From: Gemmatimonadota bacterium
Lineage (GTDB): Bacteria; JBHIER01; G020348925
Length of the DNA: 64,000 nt
Assembly: GCA_020348925.1 (NCBI GenBank)
Contig: CP070758.1
Coordinates: 3,177,688 to 3,241,687, forward strand
Reading direction: 5' to 3'
Shown piece after piece: positions 50,196-61,700 of the stretch. How positions within the stretch are numbered: the stretch's first letter is position 1; each line of letters begins with the position of its first letter. A program made the position numbers and the translations under genes. A model generated the notes under the pieces. That model was not told the origin of the DNA. It saw only the letters and a program-made list of their open reading frames with translations, and searched no databases.

Positions 50196-50295
50196 NNNNN
50201 NNNNNNNNNNNNNNNNNNNNNNNNNNNNNNNNNNNNNNNNNNNNNNNNNNNNNNNNNNNNNNNNNNNNNNNNNNNNNNNNNNNNNNNNNNNNNNN
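50196..50295. other. Assembly gap (100 N)
   Basis: Run of N. The genes on either side are on opposite strands and both lack their 5' ends. Confidence 1.
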
Positions 50296-52725
50296 GGCGA
50301 TGATGAGGAGGATTTCACGGGTAGGGCAGTGGCCACCGGGGACGTGAACGGCGACGAAATCGATGACGTCATCATCGGGGCTCCCTGGGCCAATACGATA
50401 CCAGTCTTAAGTGATGAAGGTGAGACGTACATCATCCTCGGCATGCCCTTTGTTGTTGACTCTTTGGCAGTCACATCCCCGGGCGGCATACGGCATGAGC
50501 CCTTTCCGGTGACGGTCACACCATTTGATTTGAACGATGAGATTTACAACGGTCCGATCTGGATTGACCTGAGTGCCAGCGAGCCCGGGGTGCTGCTGCC
50601 CCAGGGCGACCAGCTCCTGGAGGGACCGCGAACCTTCATGGTTATTGCCACCTTTACCAGCGACAGTCTCATCATCGACGCCGAAAGGGTCAAGATCTGG
50701 GATCCTGACCTGATCGCCTACGGTCGGTCCGAACCTATCATCGTGTCGCAGGCGCCGATCTATTTACTGGATTCCCTTGTCGTTGACTCACCCGGTGGCG
50801 TTCAGAACGTCCCCTTTCCGGTGACCGTGACGCCCTGGTCGGACAACGAACCCTTTTACGAGGACTCGGTCTGGATCGACCTGAGTGCCAGTGAGCCGGG
50901 AGTGCTGCTGCCTCAGGGGGATCAACTCCTGGTGGGGCCGCGGACCTTCATGGTCATCGCCACCTATCCCAGCGACAGCCTCCTCATCGATGCCGAGCGG
51001 GTCAAGATCTGGGATCCTGATCTCATCGTCTACGGCCGATCCGACACCCTGGTGATCATACCTGAACCCATTGACTCGCTGGCCAGTCTGTTTGTTGTCT
51101 CCCGAGGTGGGATGCAGAACGTGCCCTTTAGGGTGGAGGTTGTGCCCATTCATATGAACGGAAGGCTTTACACCGACTCGATCTGGATCGACCTGAGCGC
51201 CAGCGAGCCGGGGGTGCTGCTGCCCCAGGGGGACCAGCTTCTGGAGGGGCCGCGGGACTTCACCGTCATCGCCACCTCTCCCACCAACCGCCTCGTCATC
51301 GACGCCGAGCGGGTCAAGATCTGGGATCCTGACCTCATCGTCTACGGCCGATCCGACTGGATCATTATCGAGCCGGCCTTCATCGATCAACCGGATGAGC
51401 TCATTGTGTCCGATCTGCCCAACGACCAGGGGGGCTACATCGCCGTCGAATGGGATTACTCGGACAACCACCCCGGTCTGGGCCTGTACAACACGATTGA
51501 CTACTATCAGGTGTATCGGAAGATCTACCCCATTCTGGATTACCGGGCCGATTTCTACCCCTGGGATTCACCTTGGGATTGTAATGGTTCCATCAATCTC
51601 TGTTACGAAGATCTGGATTGTTCGACTGGAGGGTACCGTGCCAGGATGACCTTTGTGCAGGAGACGTGCGGGCCGCCCTGGTGGATTCAGAACGTTCAAT
51701 ATTATGCTTGGAGGTCGTGGCGATGGATAACCATGACGCCCCTGGAGCAGCCGGGCAATCCTGATATTATGCTGACGGAGAGGCCGAAGCTCTATACCTT
51801 TGAGATCCCTGATGCGGCCGTTCACCCCACGGAGTCCAAGATGAAGCTGCGGGTGAAAAATCTCTCAGGTGTGGATGCGGTGCTCTCGGAGGTGTGGATC
51901 GAGAAGGACAATCCACTGTGGTATCAGTACGGCACTGCGGCGGCTCCTCCGATCGACCGTGTCCCGGACCCGGTCGGCAAGATTAGGATCATCATGCCTG
52001 ATTACGGTTTTCCGGGAACGGCCAGCGACTACTTCGTTCAGGCGGTGGTCACCCATATCTATCCCAAGGCGGAGGGTGACGATGGAGCCTTTGTGCTGGA
52101 TGTGAGGAAGGTGGCCGGTGGGCTCGATGAATCGGCTCTGTGCGGACCGGCCTTCGGCCGGAGCGTGGATAACATCCCTCCAGCCGACCCGATGGATATA
52201 CGGATCATTGGGGGCGAAGTGAGCTGGAGCCTTTCCCCCGACGACAGGCTCCTGGAGACAGGGCGGGATTGGCTGGGCAACCCGTGGGAGATCCACGGTG
52301 TCACCGACTACGTTCTTTTCCGCAATGGTGAGTACGTGGGCATGGTGGACCGGGGCACGACCTCGTGGACTGATGTGAGTCGGTTCGGAGGAGAATACAG
52401 GGTTTACGCCTTTGACGGGACGAATCTTTCGATGGGCCTCGCTCCGGTGACGGTGCAGCCCACGGCCTACGCCTTGCACGAAAACTATCCGAATCCCTTC
52501 AATCCGGAGACAAGTATTTCATATACGCTGCCCGAAGCGGCGCGGGTGAGGATCGAGGTTTACAACGCGCTGGGCCAGGTGGTGGAGGTCTTGGTTGATG
52601 GCGACCTGGAGGCCGGCTCTCATGTAGTAAAGTGGGAAGCTGGTGCTATGGCCAGCGGTGTCTATTTTTATCGAATCAGGGCCAATAAGTTCACATCCAC
52701 CAAAAGGATGATTCTGATGAAGTGA
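50296..52725 (+). CDS. T9SS-sorted surface protein: FG-GAP repeat, three 104-aa repeats, CTD (5' end lost in the gap)
   Basis: GRAVATGDVNGDEIDDVIIGAP (FG-GAP), DLPNDQGG...SVDNIPPA, and CTD NYPNPFNPET...YNALGQ...ASGVYFYRI...KRMILMK. Confidence 0.88.
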   Translation, partial: GDDEEDFTGRAVATGDVNGDEIDDVIIGAPWANTIPVLSDEGETYIILGMPFVVDSLAVTSPGGIRHEPFPVTVTPFDLNDEIYNGPIWIDLSASEPGVLLPQGDQLLEGPRTFMVIATFTSDSLIIDAERVKIWDPDLIAYGRSEPIIVSQAPIYLLDSLVVDSPGGVQNVPFPVTVTPWSDNEPFYEDSVWIDLSASEPGVLLPQGDQLLVGPRTFMVIATYPSDSLLIDAERVKIWDPDLIVYGRSDTLVIIPEPIDSLASLFVVSRGGMQNVPFRVEVVPIHMNGRLYTDSIWIDLSASEPGVLLPQGDQLLEGPRDFTVIATSPTNRLVIDAERVKIWDPDLIVYGRSDWIIIEPAFIDQPDELIVSDLPNDQGGYIAVEWDYSDNHPGLGLYNTIDYYQVYRKIYPILDYRADFYPWDSPWDCNGSINLCYEDLDCSTGGYRARMTFVQETCGPPWWIQNVQYYAWRSWRWITMTPLEQPGNPDIMLTERPKLYTFEIPDAAVHPTESKMKLRVKNLSGVDAVLSEVWIEKDNPLWYQYGTAAAPPIDRVPDPVGKIRIIMPDYGFPGTASDYFVQAVVTHIYPKAEGDDGAFVLDVRKVAGGLDESALCGPAFGRSVDNIPPADPMDIRIIGGEVSWSLSPDDRLLETGRDWLGNPWEIHGVTDYVLFRNGEYVGMVDRGTTSWTDVSRFGGEYRVYAFDGTNLSMGLAPVTVQPTAYALHENYPNPFNPETSISYTLPEAARVRIEVYNALGQVVEVLVDGDLEAGSHVVKWEAGAMASGVYFYRIRANKFTSTKRMILMK
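50452..51375 (+). repeat. Three tandem 312-bp intragenic repeats
   Basis: WIDLSASEPGVLLPQGDQLL.GPR.F.VIAT...IDAERVKIWDPDLI.YGRS recurs with its Trp codon at 50560, 50872 and 51184. Confidence 0.95.
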
Positions 52726-52743
52726 TAGTTCCCCTTAAGAATT

Positions 52744-52785
52744 GAGAGAGGGCCGTCTCAGTCTATTTTGAGGCGGCCTTCTCTC
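52744..52785 (+). terminator. Stem-loop after the T9SS-sorted gene
   Basis: GAGAGAGGGCCGTCTCA...TGAGGCGGCCTTCTCTC, 19 nt after the stop. Confidence 0.65.
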
Positions 52786-53181
52786 ATCAAATGTATGAGA
52801 GAAGGGTGAATTCCGCGAATCGTGGAAAAACATTCTATTTTTTATAAAAATTGGAAGTGGCGAATATGTCTGATACTGCACATTCTTCAGAATATTCGAT
52901 CGAATGATCCACGAGTCCATAGATATTCTTCTCTCTGAATCTTTGTTGGCATTTTTTATTACCAACATCTACACTCTTCTTTTCAAATCACAGGCGTGTC
53001 ACTATTCTGTACGGTAAAAAAAACGTATCTTTGAGATGTGACTGAACGTGCTCTCGTTTTTTCTTCAGCCCGTGAAAAATTCTTTTGTTCAAGCGGAAGG
53101 GGTCATTACATTTTGGGGTGGAGTATGTTCAGGCAGATAGTGTTCTGATTTGTTGAAAGGAGCCGTCAAAGAGTAAAAGCA

Positions 53182-55614
53182 GTGAACATCAAGCATGAAG
53201 TTCTCACCCATGAAGTGTTTCCCGCCCGTCATTGTTCAGCTATGAAAAGATGGTATCAAGGCGCGCTCTGCGTACTTCTTCTTGCTCCGTCCATCCTTGT
53301 GGCCCAGGATGAGTTTGTTCAGACGCACACCATCAGCGGCTACGTCCGCGACGCTGACAGCGGCGAGGAATTGATCGGGGTCAACGTCCGCATCAAGGAC
53401 AGTCGCCTCGGGATGGCGACCAACGAATACGGGTTTTACTCCCTCACCCTGCTGCGGGGCACGTGGACCATCAGTGCCTCCTATATAGGATATCAGACCG
53501 TGGAGAAGGAGATCTATCTTGATGCCGACACCACGTTGCACATTGAACTCCTACCGTCGGTCATACAGATTCAGGAAGTGGTTGCCGTCGGTGCGACGGA
53601 ATCGAAGAACATCACATCCATCGAGATGAGTGTGGCCGAATTGACCGCAGCCACCATTCGACAGGTCCCGGTGGTCCTGGGTGAGGCCGATCTGGTGAAA
53701 ACCCTGACCCTGCTGCCCGGAGTCTCGAGGACCAACGAAGCCAGCAGCGGCTTCAGTATCCGTGGCAGTGGTCCCGCTCAGAACCTGGTCCTCCTGGATG
53801 AATCAATCATTTACAACGCTTCCCACCTCTTCGGCTTCTTTTCGGTCTTCAATCCCGATGCCATCAAGGAGGTAAAACTTTACAAGGGTGGTATCAATGC
53901 CCGCTACGGGGGTCGCCTGGCATCGGTCCTGGACGTTCGTCAGAAGGAAGGAAACAAGAAATCGTTTCTTTTCAAAGGTGGTCTGGGGCTGGCTGCCAGC
54001 CGGTTTCTCCTCGAGGGGCCCATCTGGAAGGAGAAGTGGTCCTTTCTTGTCGGCGCCCGAAGGTCCTACGCCGATCTCTTTCTGAAGCTGGCCAATAATG
54101 ACAATATCGCCTATTTCTACGATCTGAATTTGAAATCCAATTACAGCCCCAACGAGCGCAACCGGTTCTTTCTCTCCGGATATTTCGGCAGGGATTCTTT
54201 TGAATTTGCCGATGTCTTCGGTAATTCCTGGGGCAATGCCGCTTTCACCCTGCGCTGGAATCATCTCTTCAATGACCGGATTTTTTCGAACATCTCCCTG
54301 ATCTACAGTACGTACAATTATGCATCCGAATTCTATACGGCCGCGCCGTACCGATGGTCGGCCGATATTGAAAACGTCGACCTGAAGATGGACGGCTACT
54401 ATTATATCAATACAAGAAATGCCATCGATTTCGGCTTCGGTCTCATTCACCACGCATTCAATCCGGGGACCATCGTACCCCTGGATGATTCTCCAATTCA
54501 GAAAGCCCGGCTCGACAAGAAATACGCCCTCGAGCCCTATGCGTATCTCAGCTACGACCAGAAGCTCTCACCCCGCCTGGAGATTCAGTACGGGATGCGC
54601 CTCTCCTCCTTTCAGCGTCTGGGACGACAGAACATCCCCTTGTATGAGAACGGCTCACCGGTGGTCTATAATTCTGACCTGGGATTGTATGAAGAGGGTC
54701 GCGTCGTCGGCTCCGAAGCTTTCGGCTCGTGGGAAACAATGGAATCTTTCTTCGGTCTTGAGCCGAGGCTATCGCTGAAGTATCAGGTTTCCCGGCCGGC
54801 CTCCATTAAATGCAGTTACAACAGAACCCGCCAATATATTCAATTCATATCCAATACGGCCAGCTCCTCTCCTCTGGATATCTGGGCTCCCAGTGGACCA
54901 TTCATTCCACCGCAGCGGGCCGACCAGATTGCCCTGGGATATTTCCGGGATATCCGCGACGGAACCTTTGAATGCTCCCTTGAGGGATACTATAAACGAC
55001 TGTACGACCTGGTCGATTATGTGCCGGGCGCGGACTTGATGATGAATAATCACATCGAGACGGAGATCCTCTCCGGCGACGGCCGGGCCTATGGGTGTGA
55101 GCTCCAGGTGAAAAAAAGCAGGGGTCGCCTGAACGGCTGGTTGAGCTACACCCTCTCCAGAAGCGAACAGCGGGTACCGGGAGTCTCGCCCTCGGATCCT
55201 GGCGTGAACAACGGACGGTATTATGCCAGCGTCTATGACAGACCCCACGATTTTTCCCTGTCGGTCGTCTATCGTTTCAACACCACCTGGGATATGGCCT
55301 TCAATTGCATTTTGAGCAGTGGTCGACCGACAACCTATCCGGAGAGCCGCTATGAATATGATGGTATCATCGTTCCGCATTTTGAAGAAAGAAACGGGGA
55401 ACGATTCCCGTATTACAACCGTATCGATATCTCCTTTACCTTGAAGGAAAAGTGGGGCGGAGACTGGATTTTCAGCCTGTACAACGTGTTCAACCGTAAA
55501 AACGCATCCTTCATCCGCTTTCAGCAGGTGGAGGACTCGGCCCTGGAAACCGAAGCCATTCGCCTGGCTCTGTTTGGAATCGTTCCCAGTATCACCTATA
55601 ACGTCACGTTTTAA
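53182..55614 (+). CDS. TonB-dependent receptor with N-terminal carboxypeptidase-regulatory-like domain (start may be 53242)
   Basis: ISGYVRDADSGEELIG, TNEYGFYSL, plug LLPGV...IRG...QNLVLLD...HLFGFFSVFN, and C-terminal PSITYNVTF. Confidence 0.95.
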   Translation: MNIKHEVLTHEVFPARHCSAMKRWYQGALCVLLLAPSILVAQDEFVQTHTISGYVRDADSGEELIGVNVRIKDSRLGMATNEYGFYSLTLLRGTWTISASYIGYQTVEKEIYLDADTTLHIELLPSVIQIQEVVAVGATESKNITSIEMSVAELTAATIRQVPVVLGEADLVKTLTLLPGVSRTNEASSGFSIRGSGPAQNLVLLDESIIYNASHLFGFFSVFNPDAIKEVKLYKGGINARYGGRLASVLDVRQKEGNKKSFLFKGGLGLAASRFLLEGPIWKEKWSFLVGARRSYADLFLKLANNDNIAYFYDLNLKSNYSPNERNRFFLSGYFGRDSFEFADVFGNSWGNAAFTLRWNHLFNDRIFSNISLIYSTYNYASEFYTAAPYRWSADIENVDLKMDGYYYINTRNAIDFGFGLIHHAFNPGTIVPLDDSPIQKARLDKKYALEPYAYLSYDQKLSPRLEIQYGMRLSSFQRLGRQNIPLYENGSPVVYNSDLGLYEEGRVVGSEAFGSWETMESFFGLEPRLSLKYQVSRPASIKCSYNRTRQYIQFISNTASSSPLDIWAPSGPFIPPQRADQIALGYFRDIRDGTFECSLEGYYKRLYDLVDYVPGADLMMNNHIETEILSGDGRAYGCELQVKKSRGRLNGWLSYTLSRSEQRVPGVSPSDPGVNNGRYYASVYDRPHDFSLSVVYRFNTTWDMAFNCILSSGRPTTYPESRYEYDGIIVPHFEERNGERFPYYNRIDISFTLKEKWGGDWIFSLYNVFNRKNASFIRFQQVEDSALETEAIRLALFGIVPSITYNVTF

Positions 55615-55621
55615 AGGAATC

Positions 55622-56470
55622 ATGAAGTTTATATCAACATTCTCCTGTCTCATCGTTCTGTTGTGTCTGTCATGTACGGATGTCATCGAGATCAACCTTG
55701 ATGAGGGGACGGTGCGCCTGGTTGTCGAAGGCCGCATCGAACTGATCAAAGAATCTCCCTCCGGCTATCAGCGCATTCGACTGACGACGACGGCCCCTTA
55801 CTTCAGTAACGAACCCGCCCCTGTCGCCGCCGGCGCCCGCGTCATTGTCACAGTATCTGGACGCAATTACCCGTTTACTGAATCTCACACCGTACCCGGT
55901 CTGTATGAAACCGGTTCATAGTATGCTGAGGTTGATCAGTGGTATACATTATCCATAGACTGGGAGGGCGATCATTACGAGGGGACCGGCAGACTGGCCT
56001 CCGTGGCGGCCATAGATTCCATTTACCAGATCTATGAGGAGGAAACCGTTTTCGACGAGGCGGGTATCAGGGTCCGGATCGATTATTCCGATCCGCCGGA
56101 TGAGGAGAATTATTATTACTGGTTGCTGTACAAAAACGGGAACTACCTCCTCAATCCCAATCCCGGTACGCGGGACGATCTCCTCAGCTCGGATGAGTTC
56201 TATGACGGAGGGAGGATCACCGGTAAGGAGCCGAACACCGAGGTCACCCTGACGGCGGGCGACACCGTTCTGGTTCGACAGATCGGATTAACGGAGGCGG
56301 CCTTTACGTATCATGATCTGCTCTACGAACAGACCGGGGGAACGGGTTTCGTGGAAACACCTTCAACACCCATACGGGGCAATGTTCGGAACATGACCCG
56401 GCCGAACCTCTACCCCTTGGGATATTTCCGGGCCAGTGAAGTTTCGGAAGCCAAACTCGTTATTCAATAA
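55622..56470 (+). pseudogene. DUF4249-family lipoprotein interrupted by an in-frame TAG (55919-55921)
   Basis: Lipobox LSC, LVVEGRI, then ETGS*YAEVDQWYTLSIDWEG continuing in frame into IDSIY...DPPDEENYY...IRGNV...LGYFRAS. Confidence 0.8.
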
Positions 56471-56824
56471 CTGGTTAGGTGCGTGCAGTCTCTTCGACAC
56501 CAGATGCACTCCAGTCCAGTTTTCATTTGTGCCCCTGTGCGTGCCAGTGCAGTTATTCCGGGAAAACCCTGGAAATACCGTCATCTCCTCAAAAATTTTT
56601 TGCCCCATGGAAAATCCTATTTGAGGATTATGCGTAAAAAATTTTTTTATGCACAGAGCTCCATAATTTTTAGGGGGAAAACCATTTTTTTAAACAAATC
56701 AATTTGAAATTGTTCTTTGATACCAAGATTTTGGGAAAATACAGTGATCGGAAATTTGGAATCCGTAAGTTCTTATTTCATACGAGACGGCGTTTTGTCG
56801 CTCTGTTTCGGGGGGACGGTTCTC

Positions 56825-58477
56825 CTACACGGGGCTCTCTCCGGTCTGCCGTTTTTTAAGCCTGCCGTACGTTCGTGCGGCTTCATAACAGATAAAAAGG
56901 GCGAGGACGAAGAGAAGAAGGCCGACAACGGCTAACAGAGCTTTCCCGCCGCGGATAAAATCGAGAGATTTGTAGACCAGGGCGGCCATGGTCGTGATCA
57001 GCATGAAGATGGCCGGGATGAGCGTGTACGCCGCATGTTTCCCGCGGCTTAACAAGTACGTGCTGATAACGATCAAAACGAGGGCGGCGATCAATTGGTT
57101 CGAAGCCCCGAAAATTGGCCAGATAGCCTGCCAGCTGCCCAAGGCGAGCACCAGAGCGATCACAAAGATCACGGACGTTGAAACGTATTTGTTACGCAGC
57201 GGTTTGATCTTCAACCCTTCGCCGAACAATTCTTCGGCAAGATATCGCGCAATTCGTGTGGCCGTATCTAGGGTCGTCATGACGAAAGTTTTGAGCATCA
57301 TGATTCCCACGAACATTCCCAAGACACCGAGGAAAGGTTTCACCAATTGCCCATATCCTGTCCCGAAGGTCACGATCCAGTTTCCTCCCTCCATCAGCCG
57401 GGGATACATGAGACCCGGCACTCCCTCATTCTCGCTCCAATAGAGCCCACCAGCCACAGCTATAAGGGCCAGGACCGAAAGGACGCCCTCCAGGAGCATT
57501 GCCCCGTAACCCACTTTTTTCGCATCCCGTTCGTTGGCCAATTGCTTGGACGTCGTTCCGCCGGCAACCAGGGAGTGAAAGCCCGAGATGGCGCCGCAGG
57601 CTATGATGACGCACATCATCGGCCAGAGGTACCCTTGATCCCCATGAAAGGTGATGAAAGCCGGAGCATGCATGGGCGGGTGCGTGATCACCACGCCCGC
57701 ATATCCGAAGATCAGTCCGAAAAAGAGAACAACGGAGACCAAGTAATCCCGGGGTTGCAGCAGGATGTTCACCGGCATGATCGATGCGACAAAGGCGTAG
57801 AGGAGCAAAATAACGGTCCAGATTATGGCCGCATTCGGTCCCAGGGAGATGGGAACGAAGTATCCCAGGAGAATGAGTCCAAAGAGAAGGGTCATACCGA
57901 TGATTGTGGCCAGCACCTGAGTGACATTCCAGCGATACATTAAGAGACCCACCAGGACAGCGACACCAACAACCCCGAATGTCGGTATCACCACTTCGGG
58001 GGTGGTACTCAACGTCCTTGCAGCAACCGCAGCGAAAACGGCGATCACGAGCACGAGCGCCAGCCATACGAACATGGCAAATATCATCTTGGCCCGAAAG
58101 CCCATGACAGATTGCGCCACATCTGCCACGGATTTCCCCCTGTGTCGCAGAGAGACCATAAAGGCAGAGAGATCATGGACTCCTCCGAGGAAAATGGAGC
58201 CGACGATGAGCCATAGAGCTGCCGGAAGCCAGCCCCACACCATGGCCGCTATAACGGGCCCGATAATTGGACCGGCTCCGGCGATGGAGGCGAAGTGATG
58301 TCCGAAGAGTACTGTCCAGTGCCTGGCCGGAACGTAATCGATACCATCATACTGTTCAACAGCGGGCGTCTTTCTCGATGGATTCACTTCCCATAGTTTT
58401 TCGATCTTACGCCCGTAAAACCTGTACCCCAGGGTGAAGAGTACGAATGCACTCAAGGCCAGAATCAAACTGTTCAT
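56825..58477 (-). CDS. cstA: Carbon starvation protein A (peptide/pyruvate transporter)
   Basis: DGIDYVP, FGHHFASIAGAGPIIGP, LLQPRDY, IACGAISGFH and TTLDTATR motifs. Confidence 0.95.
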   Translation of the reverse strand: MNSLILALSAFVLFTLGYRFYGRKIEKLWEVNPSRKTPAVEQYDGIDYVPARHWTVLFGHHFASIAGAGPIIGPVIAAMVWGWLPAALWLIVGSIFLGGVHDLSAFMVSLRHRGKSVADVAQSVMGFRAKMIFAMFVWLALVLVIAVFAAVAARTLSTTPEVVIPTFGVVGVAVLVGLLMYRWNVTQVLATIIGMTLLFGLILLGYFVPISLGPNAAIIWTVILLLYAFVASIMPVNILLQPRDYLVSVVLFFGLIFGYAGVVITHPPMHAPAFITFHGDQGYLWPMMCVIIACGAISGFHSLVAGGTTSKQLANERDAKKVGYGAMLLEGVLSVLALIAVAGGLYWSENEGVPGLMYPRLMEGGNWIVTFGTGYGQLVKPFLGVLGMFVGIMMLKTFVMTTLDTATRIARYLAEELFGEGLKIKPLRNKYVSTSVIFVIALVLALGSWQAIWPIFGASNQLIAALVLIVISTYLLSRGKHAAYTLIPAIFMLITTMAALVYKSLDFIRGGKALLAVVGLLLFVLALFICYEAARTYGRLKKRQTGESPV

Positions 58478-58748
58478 GGCGACGTCCTTTAAACTCCGCG
58501 GAAGGATGAAAAATTCAGTGAGCCTCATCACGTGACAGGCATCAGCGTATTGAGAATTAAAACTATAAAGCATTTTATCCTTTTTCAATCTCTTTTTTTA
58601 AAACCGAGCTGGTCGCCAGACTTCAAACATAATGAAAGTTCAAGGTTTTTCTTGTGCTCTCTTTTTATTATCTTTCTCGAATACCTTGTATGCTGCACCC
58701 TTGAAATATCAATCGGCGGTGGAGAAGATAATCTGAGGATAGGCAGAG

Positions 58749-61700
58749 ATGACTCAAACTCGGGCAATAGCTGCTAAAATTGTTGAGGCGATCAAGCGCG
58801 CCAAATCAGAAACCGACGTTCAGACCCAATTTGAAAATGTGCTCCGTCAATATACAGATGAAACCGGCTGGGAATTAACCATTCGTCCCGAGCTCAAGCG
58901 AACCATTGTCGGGGCTGGTGGGGCTGATACCGTCTTGGGCCACGTTGTTATTGCGTACGAGAAGCCGGGGAAACTGAGAGAGAGCAACGACACTCCCGGA
59001 AATAGTGAGACGATAGAACAGCTTGCTCGAACAATCACAGATCTATCCGCAAAGGAGAGACGGCTTCTCGCCGGCGTCGCCACGGACGGCCGCCGTATTC
59101 TCTTTCTCTTCCCCCGGCGGGGCAAGTTCGTTCCCACTGATCCACGGCCTCTGTCGGCTGAATCCGTCCAAGTATTCTTCAATACAATGCAGGCATTGCA
59201 TCGCAAGATCCTCTCTCCCGGGAAACTGAATAGAGACTTCGGTCCGGCGAGTGCGGTGACCCGTTTGGGTCTAACCACACTTTACAATAAGTTGAACAAT
59301 GCTTCCCATCCAAAGATTGAAATGATATTCCGGGAGTGGGATCGCATTTTTGGGATCGTTTACGGAGAGAAAATACCCCAGGCTGGTCAGAAAGCAAAAA
59401 CGTTGGCGAAGTTATACAAGATTGAGAAAACAGTCCGAGTGAAACCATTGCTCTTCTCCGTGCACACGTACTTCGCCCTGTTCCTGAAACTTTTGGTGGC
59501 TGAACTCCTGGGTCATGTGAAAAACCGCTCTTCGTTCACACAGGAGTTGTCCCTCCTTGAGGACGCCTCTCTCAAAGAGAAAATGTTTTCCCTTGAGGAA
59601 GGAGAGAGCTTTCATGCACTCGGGGTGAGGAATTTTCTGGAGGGAGACCTCTTCTCATGGTACCTGGTAGCCTGGGACGGCGTTGTAGCAGGCATGGTGA
59701 GGGAGGTGTGCGCGACCTTGAGTCAGTACGAACCACCGACAGTCTCATTTCTTCCGGAGGAGGTTCAGGACCTTCTGAAAAAGCTCTACCAGAATCTTAT
59801 TCCTAAAAAATTGCGCCACGATCTCGGTGAGTACCACACTCCGGATTGGCTGGCGGAGCGATTGCTCAACCAGGTTGGGTATGAGGGGAATCCAGACAAG
59901 CGGATCCTGGACCCGAGCTGCGGCTCGGGTACTTTTCTGGTGCTCATCATCAATCGAATCCGCCAATTTCTTGAGGATCATTTCGGTCGTTTTCCGGATC
60001 CATCGGTCGTATTGAATAAAATTCTTAACAATGTGGTTGGTTTCGAGTTAAATCCTCTGGCCGTCATTACTGCCAGAGCAAACTACATTATGGCCCTGAG
60101 TGATCTCCTTCATGACATGAAAGGAGACGTCCAAATCCCCGTCTATTTCACCGATTCCATTCTCGTGCCCCAGGAGCAGATTGAACTTTTCTCAAAGGGA
60201 TACCTTCTGCAGACAACGGTCGGGGAATTCTCTGTTCCCTCCGAGATTGTTCAAGCCAATAAGGTCGACAGTCTGACCTCCCTTTTGGATGAGAGTGTGC
60301 GTCTCCAATCAGGTGTCGATATCTTCGTAGAGCGGGCCAGACGTTCCTGTGGTCTTGACGATGAGAGTTTTCATGCGGCGAAATCAAGCATAGTTGAATT
60401 ATACCAAACCATGGTGAACCTCGAGCGACAAGGCCGAAACCGAATCTGGTCCAAAATTATCAAAAATGCCTTTGCCCCGATCTATGAGGATCGATTCGAT
60501 TACGTCGTCGGCAACCCGCCTTGGGTCAATTGGGAATGTCTGGCGCCAGAATATCGGATGGCAACAGGAAAACTGTGGGAAAAGTACGAGCTGCCAGCGA
60601 AATCCGGTGGCGTGCCATTCGAATTGGGTAAACAGAAACGCGATTGTGCTCTGCTCTTCACCTATGCAAATATAGATAACTACCTCAAGGACAAAGGGAG
60701 ATTGGCCTTTGTGATCACTCAAACTGTGTTGAAAACCCAGGGAGGCGAGGTTTTTCGAAGATTCCAACTTGACAAGAACCGACCTGTTAAAGTTATTCAT
60801 GTGGACGATGTCGCAGAGCTCCAACCACTTGAAGGTGTTCCAAACAGAACAAGCGTATTGGTTGTACAGAAAGCCGCGTCGACAAGATATCCCGTTCCGT
60901 ATACACTCTGGCGGAAAAAGAAGGGTGAAAAAATCTCATTTGATAAGACCCTTGCCGAAGTGATGGAAGCGACGCAGCGCGTCAAACTTTATGCAAGACC
61001 GGTTGACGAAGGAAATATGGTCTCCTCGTGGATCACTGCCAGAGCCAAGACGTTGATCGCACTGCGAAAAATTATCGGCGCTTCAGACTATGAGGCAAGA
61101 GCGGGAGTATGCACGTGGGCGAACGGTATCTATCTGGTCGGGATCACAGAAAAAAGATCCGATGATTCGGTTATGGTTGAGAACCTCCAGAACGTCGGAA
61201 AGAGAACGATTCCAAAAGTACAAAAGCCTATCGAACCGGATTTGCTCTATCCGGTTCTCCGAGGACGTGAGGTGTCACGATGGTTTTACTCATCAGACTT
61301 TTACATCATTCTTCCTCATACTGAAGAAACGGCATGGCAGCCAATAGCGGTGGTTGCCATGGAAACAGCTTTTCCAAAGACCTTTGCGTATCTGAAAGAA
61401 TTTGAGCATATCCTTGTTGCCCGTTCTGGATATGTTCAACTCCGCAAGGGACAGCCGTTCTATATTCTGGGGAATACGAATCCTGATATATATGCGAATT
61501 TCAAGGTGGTATGGACCCGAGTTGGGACGGACATAACAGCCTGTGTGATCAGTCGTAAAGAGGACAGGTTTCTCAATCGAAAGACCATAATTCCCCTCGA
61601 AACGGTGACCATGGTCCCTTTTGAAAAACAGGATGAGGCGCATTTTTTCTGCGCTGTATTAAACTCGTCTCTGGCCCGAATCGTCATAACAACCTATTCT

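Noticed and set aside
49040-51375. CRISPR array or DGR-like template/variable repeats
   Set aside because: The repeats are in-frame protein repeats (99 and 312 bp) without unique spacers. Differences are not adenine-specific, and no cas or reverse transcriptase gene is present.
46779-52725. Apparent overlapping antisense giant ORFs (1246 aa and 928 aa)
   Set aside because: The overlap exists only by reading through the N gap. Each real gene is confined to its own side.
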